Shown here in pieces: positions 50,817 to 64,000 of a stretch of DNA of 64,000 nt; the stretch's first letter is position 1; each line of letters starts with the position of its first letter. The DNA comes from Macrostomum lignano (lineage: Eukaryota). Where the stretch lies: assembly GCA_002269645.1 (NCBI GenBank), contig NIVC01000705.1, forward strand, positions 35,843 through 99,842, read 5' to 3'. The translations under genes were made by a program, and so were the position numbers. Under the pieces are notes generated by a model. That model had not been told where the DNA came from. It made no database searches and saw only the letters and a program-made list of their open reading frames with translations.

Positions 50817-52934
50817 ATTCGGGTAGTATGTACAGTATACAGCGTTCCCGATGTTTATCTACGTCGCTGTCAAATGGGTAGTTTTAAGTTACACTGACGC
50901 AATTTAAGAATACTCATTCGCCAGCGACGGCCATCGATATCGGGTACATTGGATGCGTCGGTGGTTGGTGCAGGGGTATGATTTGCGAGCGACATGCGAC
51001 AAGGAAAATTTTTATAAGTTATTCATTTTTCGAAGTTAATTCACATGTGTTTTATGCTGAAGTTTTGGCTGAAACCCTCTAACCAAAAATGTGTTGAAAA
51101 TTTCTGTTCTTATTATCTGTGAGTCTTTAGAGGTATTAATATTTTTAAAACGATTTTTGTCAAGACCTCATTGACCTATTTTTATACTGAGTTTTTACCC
51201 AATCCGTCTTGAGAAATCAACCCTCTTTGATGTTGTTAATGACATACCTTATTTGGCTTAACTTTCCTTTTAGCCTTGGAAAATGCATACGCACGCACTT
51301 ATTTGCAATTCTTATTTGAAAGCAGGTGGTACGATCTATTATAAAACTGTATTGCTTAACGAGCACGATCTATACGAGTATGTGCATAGATAAAATTCTT
51401 AAAGCTGTCATAACACTTGACATTCCCAAAGGTTTCAACTTTAGTCCTGCCCATATCAAAATTATTTTTAAACATTTCATCGTGATATAAATTTGCAGCT
51501 TTGAAGTGATTACATTTTTACCGAGCGCAAAACTGTTTGAATTTTTGAAAATCTGCTTAATGCCCTCTAATATATGTTGTCCCTGTTCCTGCTATACAGG
51601 CGTATTTTCGTTTAATTAGGAACTAATTTCCCAGTTAGAAGAGCCCATTCTCTCTGAACTCATCCACGAGCTGATTTGCTTTGAAAAAAGTAAACTGGAA
51701 TATTTTTGTGAAAATTAAGTACGCTGTACGTTCTTAAGCAAAGCTCAGAGTTTATTTGATTTCGGAACTCGTTATCAAATAAATTTAACGGGTGTGCACC
51801 GGCCCTGACCACCGCAGCCGACGCCGGCGCCTTCGGAAGCGTCTGGAAAGCAGCTGCGGCAGCGTTAAAATCGAGCGTTATCGAGCGCGTTTTCGAGCGT
51901 TTTAATCCCGATGCAAGAATCAAAAGTTAAAATCGATAATTTCAATATAATAAAAACCGAATGTATCTTTCTAGGCATGCGATTAATTTAACCGATTTTT
52001 ACAAGACTTGCACCGCTCGGTCAGAAGTTTTGAAGATCCGGTACTTTTGTTGTGGCTAAACGTTTCTCGATGCTAAAGGGAATGAATATTTGAAAAACGA
52101 GTTTTCATTATGTTTTTGGCTTGTAATTGTTGGCGATCATTCTAGGTAAAGAAAATCGACTGACCGAATACTCATTCTGACTTGAATTGCATCACGATTA
52201 AACACATTCCCTTGGCGTGTGGCAGACTTGATTTAGATTTCGTCATTATATAGATACCGAAATGAATTCTGCTCCGATGTCAAACACTTCTGACTATAAT
52301 GCTCTCTTTGAGTTTTGAGAATACTCAGTGTGCAATGGGCTCACGGTGGCAATTGTTTAAATGCTGTGGTTAATCAAGGGCGGCTTATAGGGGATGCTGA
52401 TATCTTAGACTGTATAGCTTTAAAAAAATCATTTTCCTATACGAAACAAAAAATAACGCCTGTACAAGATCAAAAGCTACATGTAGTTTATTAAAAAAAT
52501 TAATTCCATTCTATCTTGCGGCTGCTCATGTGAGGGAAACACATGCAACACGCGTTGATCATTTTGTGCAAAAGTTTCGGCTTGTTTACGCTTGAACTCC
52601 GTGGTTAAAGTCGGTACAATAAATCAGTAAGAACCGCTACATTTCTTGATTATCAGTCTTGAAAAGTAGTATTTTAATACTTTTTGTGATTGAGCATATA
52701 AATCAAGCTCAATTAAGACTCACTAGTTTCGGTACTCTGGGTAGCTCTGAAATGGTACTTAAAAACCCTTGAATTTGCGTTAATTTCTTTACAAAAGGTC
52801 CGATTTTCGATCTTTTTCTGGTCGCGAAAGTTGATCGCGTGTCTGCTAGCGCACTTCGATCAATTAGACTCAAGTAGCTATATATCTAAAGAAGTCGTTT
52901 GTCTTGTACCAGCTGTAGTGATCATGAGGCCCTA

Positions 52935-53131
52935 CCGACCTCCCTGAGCAGGCACACAAGCGCGCGGATACGTAGCGGTCATACGCACAGGCACACACTC
53001 ACACAGGAGTGTACGAGCTACAGCGGTCCTAACTTTATTTATCGTTAGTCATGTACACTTTACGGCGCCAATGGCTTTTTTGCAGGAGCAGAGCTAAGCC
53101 GAGATTCCAATTTAGCCGCAAATTAATGCAA
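52935..53131 (-). mobile_element. SINE family B fragment in the left palindrome arm
   Basis: Matches the family B body; mirror at 61411-61607. Confidence 0.8.
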
Positions 53132-53670
53132 TTTTAAATTAATTAAAAATTAATGTAATTGCAACCCCACCAGAGAATAGAGTGCTCCGATGAGCTGCGT
53201 AAAAACTTATTAGCTCACTCACTCTGACTAATTATTGAACTCATCCAGGTTATTCAGATAAATTTTATTTTTTAGCAAATTGCATTAACGATTATGTAAA
53301 TTTTAATTTCATCCATTTCAATAGTTCTTAGTTCAAAAATCAATAAATAATTTATAACTATCTCATCGTCCCTACTGCACTTCCCAATTGGTAATTCAAT
53401 CCATTCTCTAACTTATCAAATTGAAGCTTGAAAATACTGATGCCCTCATACTCAGAATGTTCTCTTATCGCGAATAGGCATGCTCCTGAACAGCGCAATG
53501 CTGTTCTCAAAAGAAGATGAGAAACGCATGAGAATCACTCCTGACCAGCGCATGAGAATCATGAGCAGTACTCGCTCAGAGAACCAGCCTTACTAATCAA
53601 CTTTTTTTAGTTGTAGACAAGCAAGACGCAGCTGGATTTAGAATTAAGTTGATCACCATTAGAACAAATC

Positions 53671-53946
<276 letters not shown>

Positions 53947-55449
53947 ATCTAACTATCTTAACTATTTATCCATCTATCTATATATATCGGTGTATTTCCT
54001 AAAAGAGATGTTTTTGATAAAAAGTTACACAGAAAAAGACTGTTATTGGCGAGAAAAATTACTGCTTTCGGTAGGATTATTCATGCGTGCTGAAAGCAGC
54101 GAGATGACACAGCAGGTTGAAAATCACGGAGCTGGGAAGGAAGAAAAGGACATGCAGATGGGATTAAACTAGCTTCTGCGACGAGTGGGCGGAGATGAAA
54201 GGAGGAGAAAGCGCAGTGTGGGCTGCAGGGTGCCGCTGCTAGAATGCCATCCGAAAATAACACAGCCTAAAATTACTATTCGTCAAGCAGCTCTACAAGT
54301 CTGTTCAGAGGATTCCCTGCCATTTCAAATACTTCAACAATAGCCGGCAAGTTGTCTTGACATAAATTAAATAGAAACAAAAAACCTTTTGAACTACTTG
54401 TGAACAGCGGTTGTGATTTGATGTGATTTAGACACTGCAGCCAAGCTCACTAGTGTCCGACAATGAGGATTTGAGGGAGCAGTGGAGGCTCCATAGCGTA
54501 GGCTACGACTTTATTCAATCAGTCAAACTAATCAGTTCAAAGTAGCAATGAAGAAAGATGATCTTCTTCATACAAGACATTGGTTTGCCTCTACTAAACG
54601 CCGTCATTGACGAGACTCTTAGGCTTACTACAGACAATCCTTTCGGGTGCTTTTCGTGAAGTGCAATGCAATTCGATATCCGTTGGAAATTTTCCTATCG
54701 TAGGTACGCTCGTAGTTATCTTGGCTCCGTTTGATACAGATTTCAAAGAGAAAAAAGAGTCATGAGAGCCACACAGCGATTGTATAAAAGAAGCTTTGCA
54801 TTTGAGGTTTGTGAAATTTCCAGAGGTTCAAAATCCGGACTCTGATTGGGAAAGCGTTTCTATCAGTGAAGCAAAGCAGTGAATTTAGTGGCCAAAAAAG
54901 GTAATATGAGGTTAACATAGCCAGGAACAGGTAGAAGATGAGAATCTAAGTTTGCTAGTCCGATGAGAAGAAGTTATGCTTGTTGTTGACATTAGGCCAC
55001 TGGCACGTACGGATAGTAACAAGTTGACAGAAAATACTTGCAGAAGTTCACGAGACTATTGAGACACAGCTCCGTCCATGAGCATTTTGTCGTGTTATTA
55101 TATTTCTTTCAGACTGAGTTCACTTGCACTGTACGTAGCTGCAAATATTAGAAACTAGAAGCTGTTGTGTAAGTAAAAGCTTTAAGCATGCTTTCACGTT
55201 GACATTCCCAGACGATGCAGCTCTTCATCTAGACCTCTCAGGCGTCTGTACTAAGCTCTCGTGGGACGTCCTGCCTTTTGAAGCTTATATCCTGTCTGGC
55301 TTTGACATAATCTCCATGAGCGCATTGCTCAAGTCAGCTTGCGATAGAACGAGCGGTTGGGTTGCTTTCACAAGACCGAAACTAGAAAGACCGAAATTGC
55401 ACCTCGTAGAAAACTTAATACAACAAGGACCATTGCAGTATTATCGGCG

Positions 55450-55710
55450 TTGTGAAGTTTCGGTCTTGTGAAGGGCCTTGCATATGGAGTTTTTGACGTT
55501 GTGAACTTTCGGTCTTGTGAAGGGCCTTGCATATGGAGTTTTTGACGTTGTGAACTTTCGGTCTTGTGAAGGGCCTTGCATATGGAGTTTTTGACGTTGT
55601 GAACTTTCGGTCTTGTGAAGGGCCTTGCATATGGAGTTTTTGACGTTGTGAACTTTCGGTCTTGTGAAGGGCCTTGCATATGGAGTTTTTGACGTTGTGA
55701 AGTTTCGGTT
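55450..55710 (+). repeat. 49-bp tandem repeat, 5 copies plus a partial unit, left arm
   Basis: Units start at 55452, 55501, 55550, 55599 and 55648. Confidence 0.96.
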
Positions 55711-58700
55711 TAATGAAGTTTCAGGCCGGAATTTCTCCAGCATCAATATTTATTTATTAATCTTCAATCGGCTTTAGAGATTTAAGGATGTGAAGTTTTA
55801 GCTTGCAAACGAATCAAATAGGAAGAGGTGCAAATTATCAAGGGCTAAGTGCAACGTTTCATTTTTGACTTTTGATCGTTGTATCTTTAAAATGAAATCG
55901 TATCGTTAAAACTTGAATCAAGTCAAAATTTCATCTGTTGAAATGTAGTAATGGTTTGCGTTAACGCGAACAACAGTTCAATAAAGAGTAAGATTCGGGT
56001 ATATAATCAACACAGAACAACATATGTTCCTTGGGGGTTGGCCTTCATAGCTGTAAATCGCACGACAACGATCGCACGATTTGAATTGGTGACCATTTTT
56101 AGGACGAAAGGACAACAGCCAACATAAGACAAAATTACAAATAAGTAAACCAACACAAGATACAGGGGTTAAAAATATTGTCGCATAATTTGTCTTAATA
56201 CGCAGGGATCAAGAACCATTTTCCTCTCTGAATGGGATTGAGAAAGTGTAAAACATTTTTTTTTGCTTTTTGAAGTCAGACAACAAAACATTAAAATTGC
56301 ATGGGCAATTGAGGTTCAAAGACGCTGTTACCTCAGCAATAAATTCCCACAAGTCACAAGTTTATCGAGAAAAGTTTTGGAGAGCGGCAACGCTCACAAC
56401 GCAGCTGTGTCTTCTAAATGGATGTAGAAGAGTTGCTTTTTCAGACCACTGAATGGAGCTTTGACAAGAACGAAATCCGGTTTCCGGTCGTAATTCATGA
56501 AAAACAATAGCTACATAAACTTGTGTCAGGGCACCTTGCGTGCTTGATTCATTTGGAATTGGAGAGCCCAGAAAGTGAATTGTTGGGAACTTTTTATTCG
56601 AGCTATGCACTGAAAATTGCAATAATTTCAGTTCTAAAGGTGTTTCCAAAGAACAGAAACACACAGAAACGTGGGTGTGCTAATTGAAATGACTATGCAA
56701 CACTTTACTTGATCTTTCGGTGACAATTTGCAGCTTGATTTGACTTGTTGCCATTTGACTTTGAATCTTGCACTGAGTTATTTACACTTTAGTTGGCGAT
56801 TTTGCTACTTGAGTAACTTGACCGGAGAACCCAATTCAACATTTGTAACGGGGCAGAGGTGTTTAAACAAAAATCTCATTAGCAAAGAGTTTGGACCAAG
56901 TCAGGCCTGAAAACGCAGACCATCTGTAGATCGCAATTAGCAACATGTTAAAACCATCAGCGCGTAATTACTCAAAGTTAAGACTTCATGCAGGTCAGGC
57001 TCTCCTAAGTTTCAGTCGCTGGTGCGAAGTGTCTGCGGTCGCATCTGCTGCAGCCGGTACTGCTGTCTCGATCTGAAACCGGACATTGCTTTGATGCAGT
57101 GAGTAAGCAAAACTGAAGAGTACCACTTAGGTCAGGTTCCAGTTAGTCTGAGTTCATCCAGTTCTGAGCGATGATTACTTGGTACTACCGGTATGCATCC
57201 TTAACAGCAGAACCACAAGGGAATTCACCCCTGACTATTTTTTTCTGCGCCGGAACGGAGCCACGCAGGTACACGAAATAAATAGTCAGGGGTGAATTCC
57301 CTTGTGGTTCTGCTGTTAAGGATGCATACCGGTAGTACCAAGTAATCATCGCTCAGAACTGGATGAACTCAGACTAACTGGAACCTGACCTAAGTGGTAC
57401 TCTTCAGTTTTGCTTACTCACTGCATCAAAGCAATGTCCGGTTTCAGATCGAGACAGCAGTACCGGCTGCAGCAGATGCGACCGCAGACACTTCGCACCA
57501 GCGACTGAAACTTAGGAGAGCCTGACCTGCATGAAGTCTTAACTTTGAGTAATTACGCGCTGATGGTTTTAACATGTTGCTAATTGCGATCTACAGATGG
57601 TCTGCGTTTTCAGGCCTGACTTGGTCCAAACTCTTTGCTAATGAGATTTTTGTTTAAACACCTCTGCCCCGTTACAAATGTTGAATTGGGTTCTCCGGTC
57701 AAGTTACTCAAGTAGCAAAATCGCCAACTAAAGTGTAAATAACTCAGTGCAAGATTCAAAGTCAAATGGCAACAAGTCAAATCAAGCTGCAAATTGTCAC
57801 CGAAAGATCAAGTAAAGTGTTGCATAGTCATTTCAATTAGCACACCCACGTTTCTGTGTGTTTCTGTTCTTTGGAAACACCTTTAGAACTGAAATTATTG
57901 CAATTTTCAGTGCATAGCTCGAATAAAAAGTTCCCAACAATTCACTTTCTGGGCTCTCCAATTCCAAATGAATCAAGCACGCAAGGTGCCCTGACACAAG
58001 TTTATGTAGCTATTGTTTTTCATGAATTACGACCGGAAACCGGATTTCGTTCTTGTCAAAGCTCCATTCAGTGGTCTGAAAAAGCAACTCTTCTACATCC
58101 ATTTAGAAGACACAGCTGCGTTGTGAGCGTTGCCGCTCTCCAAAACTTTTCTCGATAAACTTGTGACTTGTGGGAATTTATTGCTGAGGTAACAGCGTCT
58201 TTGAACCTCAATTGCCCATGCAATTTTAATGTTTTGTTGTCTGACTTCAAAAAGCAAAAAAAAATGTTTTACACTTTCTCAATCCCATTCAGAGAGGAAA
58301 ATGGTTCTTGATCCCTGCGTATTAAGACAAATTATGCGACAATATTTTTAACCCCTGTATCTTGTGTTGGTTTACTTATTTGTAATTTTGTCTTATGTTG
58401 GCTGTTGTCCTTTCGTCCTAAAAATGGTCACCAATTCAAATCGTGCGATCGTTGTCGTGCGATTTACAGCTATGAAGGCCAACCCCCAAGGAACATATGT
58501 TGTTCTGTGTTGATTATATACCCGAATCTTACTCTTTATTGAACTGTTGTTCGCGTTAACGCAAACCATTACTACATTTCAACAGATGAAATTTTGACTT
58601 GATTCAAGTTTTAACGATACGATTTCATTTTAAAGATACAACGATCAAAAGTCAAAAATGAAACGTTGCACTTAGCCCTTGATAATTTGCACCTCTTCCT

Positions 58701-58809
58701 ATTTGATTCGTTTGCAAGCTAAAACTTCACATCCTTAAATCTCTAAAGCCGATTGAAGATTAATAAATAAATATTGATGCTGGAGAAATTCCGGCCTGAA
58801 ACTTCATTA

Positions 58810-59070
58810 AACCGAAACTTCACAACGTCAAAAACTCCATATGCAAGGCCCTTCACAAGACCGAAAGTTCACAACGTCAAAAACTCCATATGCAAGGCCC
58901 TTCACAAGACCGAAAGTTCACAACGTCAAAAACTCCATATGCAAGGCCCTTCACAAGACCGAAAGTTCACAACGTCAAAAACTCCATATGCAAGGCCCTT
59001 CACAAGACCGAAAGTTCACAACGTCAAAAACTCCATATGCAAGGCCCTTCACAAGACCGAAACTTCACAA
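58810..59070 (-). repeat. 49-bp tandem repeat, mirror copy in the right arm
   Basis: Reverse complement of 55450-55710. Confidence 0.96.
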
Positions 59071-60573
59071 CGCCGATAATACTGCAATGGTCCTTGTTGT
59101 ATTAAGTTTTCTACGAGGTGCAATTTCGGTCTTTCTAGTTTCGGTCTTGTGAAAGCAACCCAACCGCTCGTTCTATCGCAAGCTGACTTGAGCAATGCGC
59201 TCATGGAGATTATGTCAAAGCCAGACAGGATATAAGCTTCAAAAGGCAGGACGTCCCACGAGAGCTTAGTACAGACGCCTGAGAGGTCTAGATGAAGAGC
59301 TGCATCGTCTGGGAATGTCAACGTGAAAGCATGCTTAAAGCTTTTACTTACACAACAGCTTCTAGTTTCTAATATTTGCAGCTACGTACAGTGCAAGTGA
59401 ACTCAGTCTGAAAGAAATATAATAACACGACAAAATGCTCATGGACGGAGCTGTGTCTCAATAGTCTCGTGAACTTCTGCAAGTATTTTCTGTCAACTTG
59501 TTACTATCCGTACGTGCCAGTGGCCTAATGTCAACAACAAGCATAACTTCTTCTCATCGGACTAGCAAACTTAGATTCTCATCTTCTACCTGTTCCTGGC
59601 TATGTTAACCTCATATTACCTTTTTTGGCCACTAAATTCACTGCTTTGCTTCACTGATAGAAACGCTTTCCCAATCAGAGTCCGGATTTTGAACCTCTGG
59701 AAATTTCACAAACCTCAAATGCAAAGCTTCTTTTATACAATCGCTGTGTGGCTCTCATGACTCTTTTTTCTCTTTGAAATCTGTATCAAACGGAGCCAAG
59801 ATAACTACGAGCGTACCTACGATAGGAAAATTTCCAACGGATATCGAATTGCATTGCACTTCACGAAAAGCACCCGAAAGGATTGTCTGTAGTAAGCCTA
59901 AGAGTCTCGTCAATGACGGCGTTTAGTAGAGGCAAACCAATGTCTTGTATGAAGAAGATCATCTTTCTTCATTGCTACTTTGAACTGATTAGTTTGACTG
60001 ATTGAATAAAGTCGTAGCCTACGCTATGGAGCCTCCACTGCTCCCTCAAATCCTCATTGTCGGACACTAGTGAGCTTGGCTGCAGTGTCTAAATCACATC
60101 AAATCACAACCGCTGTTCACAAGTAGTTCAAAAGGTTTTTTGTTTCTATTTAATTTATGTCAAGACAACTTGCCGGCTATTGTTGAAGTATTTGAAATGG
60201 CAGGGAATCCTCTGAACAGACTTGTAGAGCTGCTTGACGAATAGTAATTTTAGGCTGTGTTATTTTCGGATGGCATTCTAGCAGCGGCACCCTGCAGCCC
60301 ACACTGCGCTTTCTCCTCCTTTCATCTCCGCCCACTCGTCGCAGAAGCTAGTTTAATCCCATCTGCATGTCCTTTTCTTCCTTCCCAGCTCCGTGATTTT
60401 CAACCTGCTGTGTCATCTCGCTGCTTTCAGCACGCATGAATAATCCTACCGAAAGCAGTAATTTTTCTCGCCAATAACAGTCTTTTTCTGTGTAACTTTT
60501 TATCAAAAACATCTCTTTTAGGAAATACACCGATATATATAGATAGATGGATAAATAGTTAAGATAGTTAGAT

Positions 60574-60869
<296 letters not shown>

Positions 60870-61410
60870 TGGATTTGTTCTAATGGTGATCAACTTAATT
60901 CTAAATCCAGCTGCGTCTTGCTTGTCTACAACTAAAAAAAGTTGATTAGTAAGGCTGGTTCTCTGAGCGAGTACTGCTCATGATTCTCATGCGCTGGTCA
61001 GGAGTGATTCTCATGCGTTTCTCATCTTCTTTTGAGAACAGCATTGCGCTGTTCAGGAGCATGCCTATTCGCGATAAGAGAACATTCTGAGTATGAGGGC
61101 ATCAGTATTTTCAAGCTTCAATTTGATAAGTTAGAGAATGGATTGAATTACCAATTGGGAAGTGCAGTAGGGACGATGAGATAGTTATAAATTATTTATT
61201 GATTTTTGAACTAAGAACTATTGAAATGGATGAAATTAAAATTTACATAATCGTTAATGCAATTTGCTAAAAAATAAAATTTATCTGAATAACCTGGATG
61301 AGTTCAATAATTAGTCAGAGTGAGTGAGCTAATAAGTTTTTACGCAGCTCATCGGAGCACTCTATTCTCTGGTGGGGTTGCAATTACATTAATTTTTAAT
61401 TAATTTAAAA

Positions 61411-61607
61411 TTGCATTAATTTGCGGCTAAATTGGAATCTCGGCTTAGCTCTGCTCCTGCAAAAAAGCCATTGGCGCCGTAAAGTGTACATGACTAACGA
61501 TAAATAAAGTTAGGACCGCTGTAGCTCGTACACTCCTGTGTGAGTGTGTGCCTGTGCGTATGACCGCTACGTATCCGCGCGCTTGTGTGCCTGCTCAGGG
61601 AGGTCGG
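61411..61607 (+). mobile_element. SINE family B fragment in the right palindrome arm
   Basis: Mirror of 52935-53131. Confidence 0.8.
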
Positions 61608-63726
61608 TAGGGCCTCATGATCACTACAGCTGGTACAAGACAAACGACTTCTTTAGATATATAGCTACTTGAGTCTAATTGATCGAAGTGCGCTAGCAGA
61701 CACGCGATCAACTTTCGCGACCAGAAAAAGATCGAAAATCGGACCTTTTGTAAAGAAATTAACGCAAATTCAAGGGTTTTTAAGTACCATTTCAGAGCTA
61801 CCCAGAGTACCGAAACTAGTGAGTCTTAATTGAGCTTGATTTATATGCTCAATCACAAAAAGTATTAAAATACTACTTTTCAAGACTGATAATCAAGAAA
61901 TGTAGCGGTTCTTACTGATTTATTGTACCGACTTTAACCACGGAGTTCAAGCGTAAACAAGCCGAAACTTTTGCACAAAATGATCAACGCGTGTTGCATG
62001 TGTTTCCCTCACATGAGCAGCCGCAAGATAGAATGGAATTAATTTTTTTAATAAACTACATGTAGCTTTTGATCTTGTACAGGCGTTATTTTTTGTTTCG
62101 TATAGGAAAATGATTTTTTTAAAGCTATACAGTCTAAGATATCAGCATCCCCTATAAGCCGCCCTTGATTAACCACAGCATTTAAACAATTGCCACCGTG
62201 AGCCCATTGCACACTGAGTATTCTCAAAACTCAAAGAGAGCATTATAGTCAGAAGTGTTTGACATCGGAGCAGAATTCATTTCGGTATCTATATAATGAC
62301 GAAATCTAAATCAAGTCTGCCACACGCCAAGGGAATGTGTTTAATCGTGATGCAATTCAAGTCAGAATGAGTATTCGGTCAGTCGATTTTCTTTACCTAG
62401 AATGATCGCCAACAATTACAAGCCAAAAACATAATGAAAACTCGTTTTTCAAATATTCATTCCCTTTAGCATCGAGAAACGTTTAGCCACAACAAAAGTA
62501 CCGGATCTTCAAAACTTCTGACCGAGCGGTGCAAGTCTTGTAAAAATCGGTTAAATTAATCGCATGCCTAGAAAGATACATTCGGTTTTTATTATATTGA
62601 AATTATCGATTTTAACTTTTGATTCTTGCATCGGGATTAAAACGCTCGAAAACGCGCTCGATAACGCTCGATTTTAACGCTGCCGCAGCTGCTTTCCAGA
62701 CGCTTCCGAAGGCGCCGGCGTCGGCTGCGGTGGTCAGGGCCGGTGCACACCCGTTAAATTTATTTGATAACGAGTTCCGAAATCAAATAAACTCTGAGCT
62801 TTGCTTAAGAACGTACAGCGTACTTAATTTTCACAAAAATATTCCAGTTTACTTTTTTCAAAGCAAATCAGCTCGTGGATGAGTTCAGAGAGAATGGGCT
62901 CTTCTAACTGGGAAATTAGTTCCTAATTAAACGAAAATACGCCTGTATAGCAGGAACAGGGACAACATATATTAGAGGGCATTAAGCAGATTTTCAAAAA
63001 TTCAAACAGTTTTGCGCTCGGTAAAAATGTAATCACTTCAAAGCTGCAAATTTATATCACGATGAAATGTTTAAAATAATTTTGATATGGGCAGGACTAA
63101 AGTTGAAACCTTTGGGAATGTCAAGTGTTATGACAGCTTTAAGAATTTTATCTATGCACATACTCGTATAGATCGTGCTCGTTAAGCAATACAGTTTTAT
63201 AATAGATCGTACCACCTGCTTTCAAATAAGAATTGCAAATAAGTGCGTGCGTATGCATTTTCCAAGGCTAAAAGGAAAGTTAAGCCAAATAAGGTATGTC
63301 ATTAACAACATCAAGAGGGTTGATTTCTCAAGACGGATTGGGTAAAAACTCAGTATAAAAATAGGTCAATGAGGTCTTGACAAAAATCGTTTTAAAAATA
63401 TTAATACCTCTAAAGACTCACAGATAATAAGAACAGAAATTTTCAACACATTTTTGGTTAGAGGGTTTCAGCCAAAACTTCAGCATAAAACACATGTGAA
63501 TTAACTTCGAAAATGAATAACTTATAAAAATTTTCCTTGTCGCATGTCGCCGCAAATCATACCCCTGCACCAACCACCGACGCATCCAATGTACCCGATA
63601 TCGATGGCCGTCGCTGGCGAATGAGTATTCTTAAATTGCGTCAGTGTAACTTAAAACTACCCATTTGACAGCGACGTAGATAAACATCGGGAACGCTGAT
63701 TATACTGTGACATACTACCCGAATGA

Positions 63727-64000
63727 TATATACTACCTGGACGATATATACTACCTGGACGATATTATACTACCTGGACGATATATACTACCTGGACGAT
63801 ATATACTACCTGGACGATATATACTACCTGGACGATATATACTACCTGGACGATATATACTACCTGGACGATATATACTACCTGGACGATATATACTACC
63901 TGACGATATATACTACCTGGACGATATATACTACCTGGACGATATATACTACCTGGACGACTATATACTACCTGAGGACATATACTACCTGGACGATATA
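63727..64000 (-). repeat. 18-bp tandem repeat, mirror copy running off the window end
   Basis: tactacctggacgatata units, several carrying indels. Confidence 0.96.

Noticed and set aside
50135-50897. 227-230 aa ORFs (IYTTW/QVVYIV repeats)
   Set aside because: Translations of the 18-bp tandem array.
55450-55710. CRISPR-like appearance of the 49-bp array
   Set aside because: Units are identical with no unique spacers, there are no cas genes, and the context is eukaryotic.
57246-57274. PacBio SMRTbell adapter remnant at the palindrome centre
   Set aside because: Only aacggag resembles the adapter; the (CT)/(GA) stem and AAC/GGA repeats are absent. This does not exclude other chimera types.
56270-58250. 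Mirrored short ORFs near the palindrome centre as genes
   Set aside because: 60-100 aa, no recognisable motifs; their duplication is explained by the palindrome.

Overview
Eukaryotic (metazoan) genomic DNA with GT-AG introns, GC-rich exons and AT-rich, repeat-laden non-coding DNA. The poly-Ala/Gln/His exon tracts, dense minisatellites and divergent peptide-type GPCR suggest a free-living flatworm such as Macrostomum (inference only). Four protein-coding genes are supported: a spliced TRAK/Milton kinesin adaptor (+, 8762-~21990), an intronless orphan two-TM protein (-, 29932-30672), a 14-exon SLC5A3-like sodium/myo-inositol cotransporter (+, 31590-40728) and a class A GPCR (+, 48316-49446, possibly with a second exon). 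Also present: two tRNA-derived SINE families (one with a MIR/CORE-like domain), a truncated Ngaro/DIRS-type element with a SAP-domain gag, a LOA/R1-type LINE RT fragment, a MITE and more than 20 tandem arrays. The dominant structure is a giant near-perfect palindrome centred at ~57260, with arms of at least 6.7 kb and a 29-39 bp spacer; the right arm runs off the window end. It may be real or a fold-back sequencing artefact. No prokaryotic features, CRISPR, rRNA or true tRNA genes were found.
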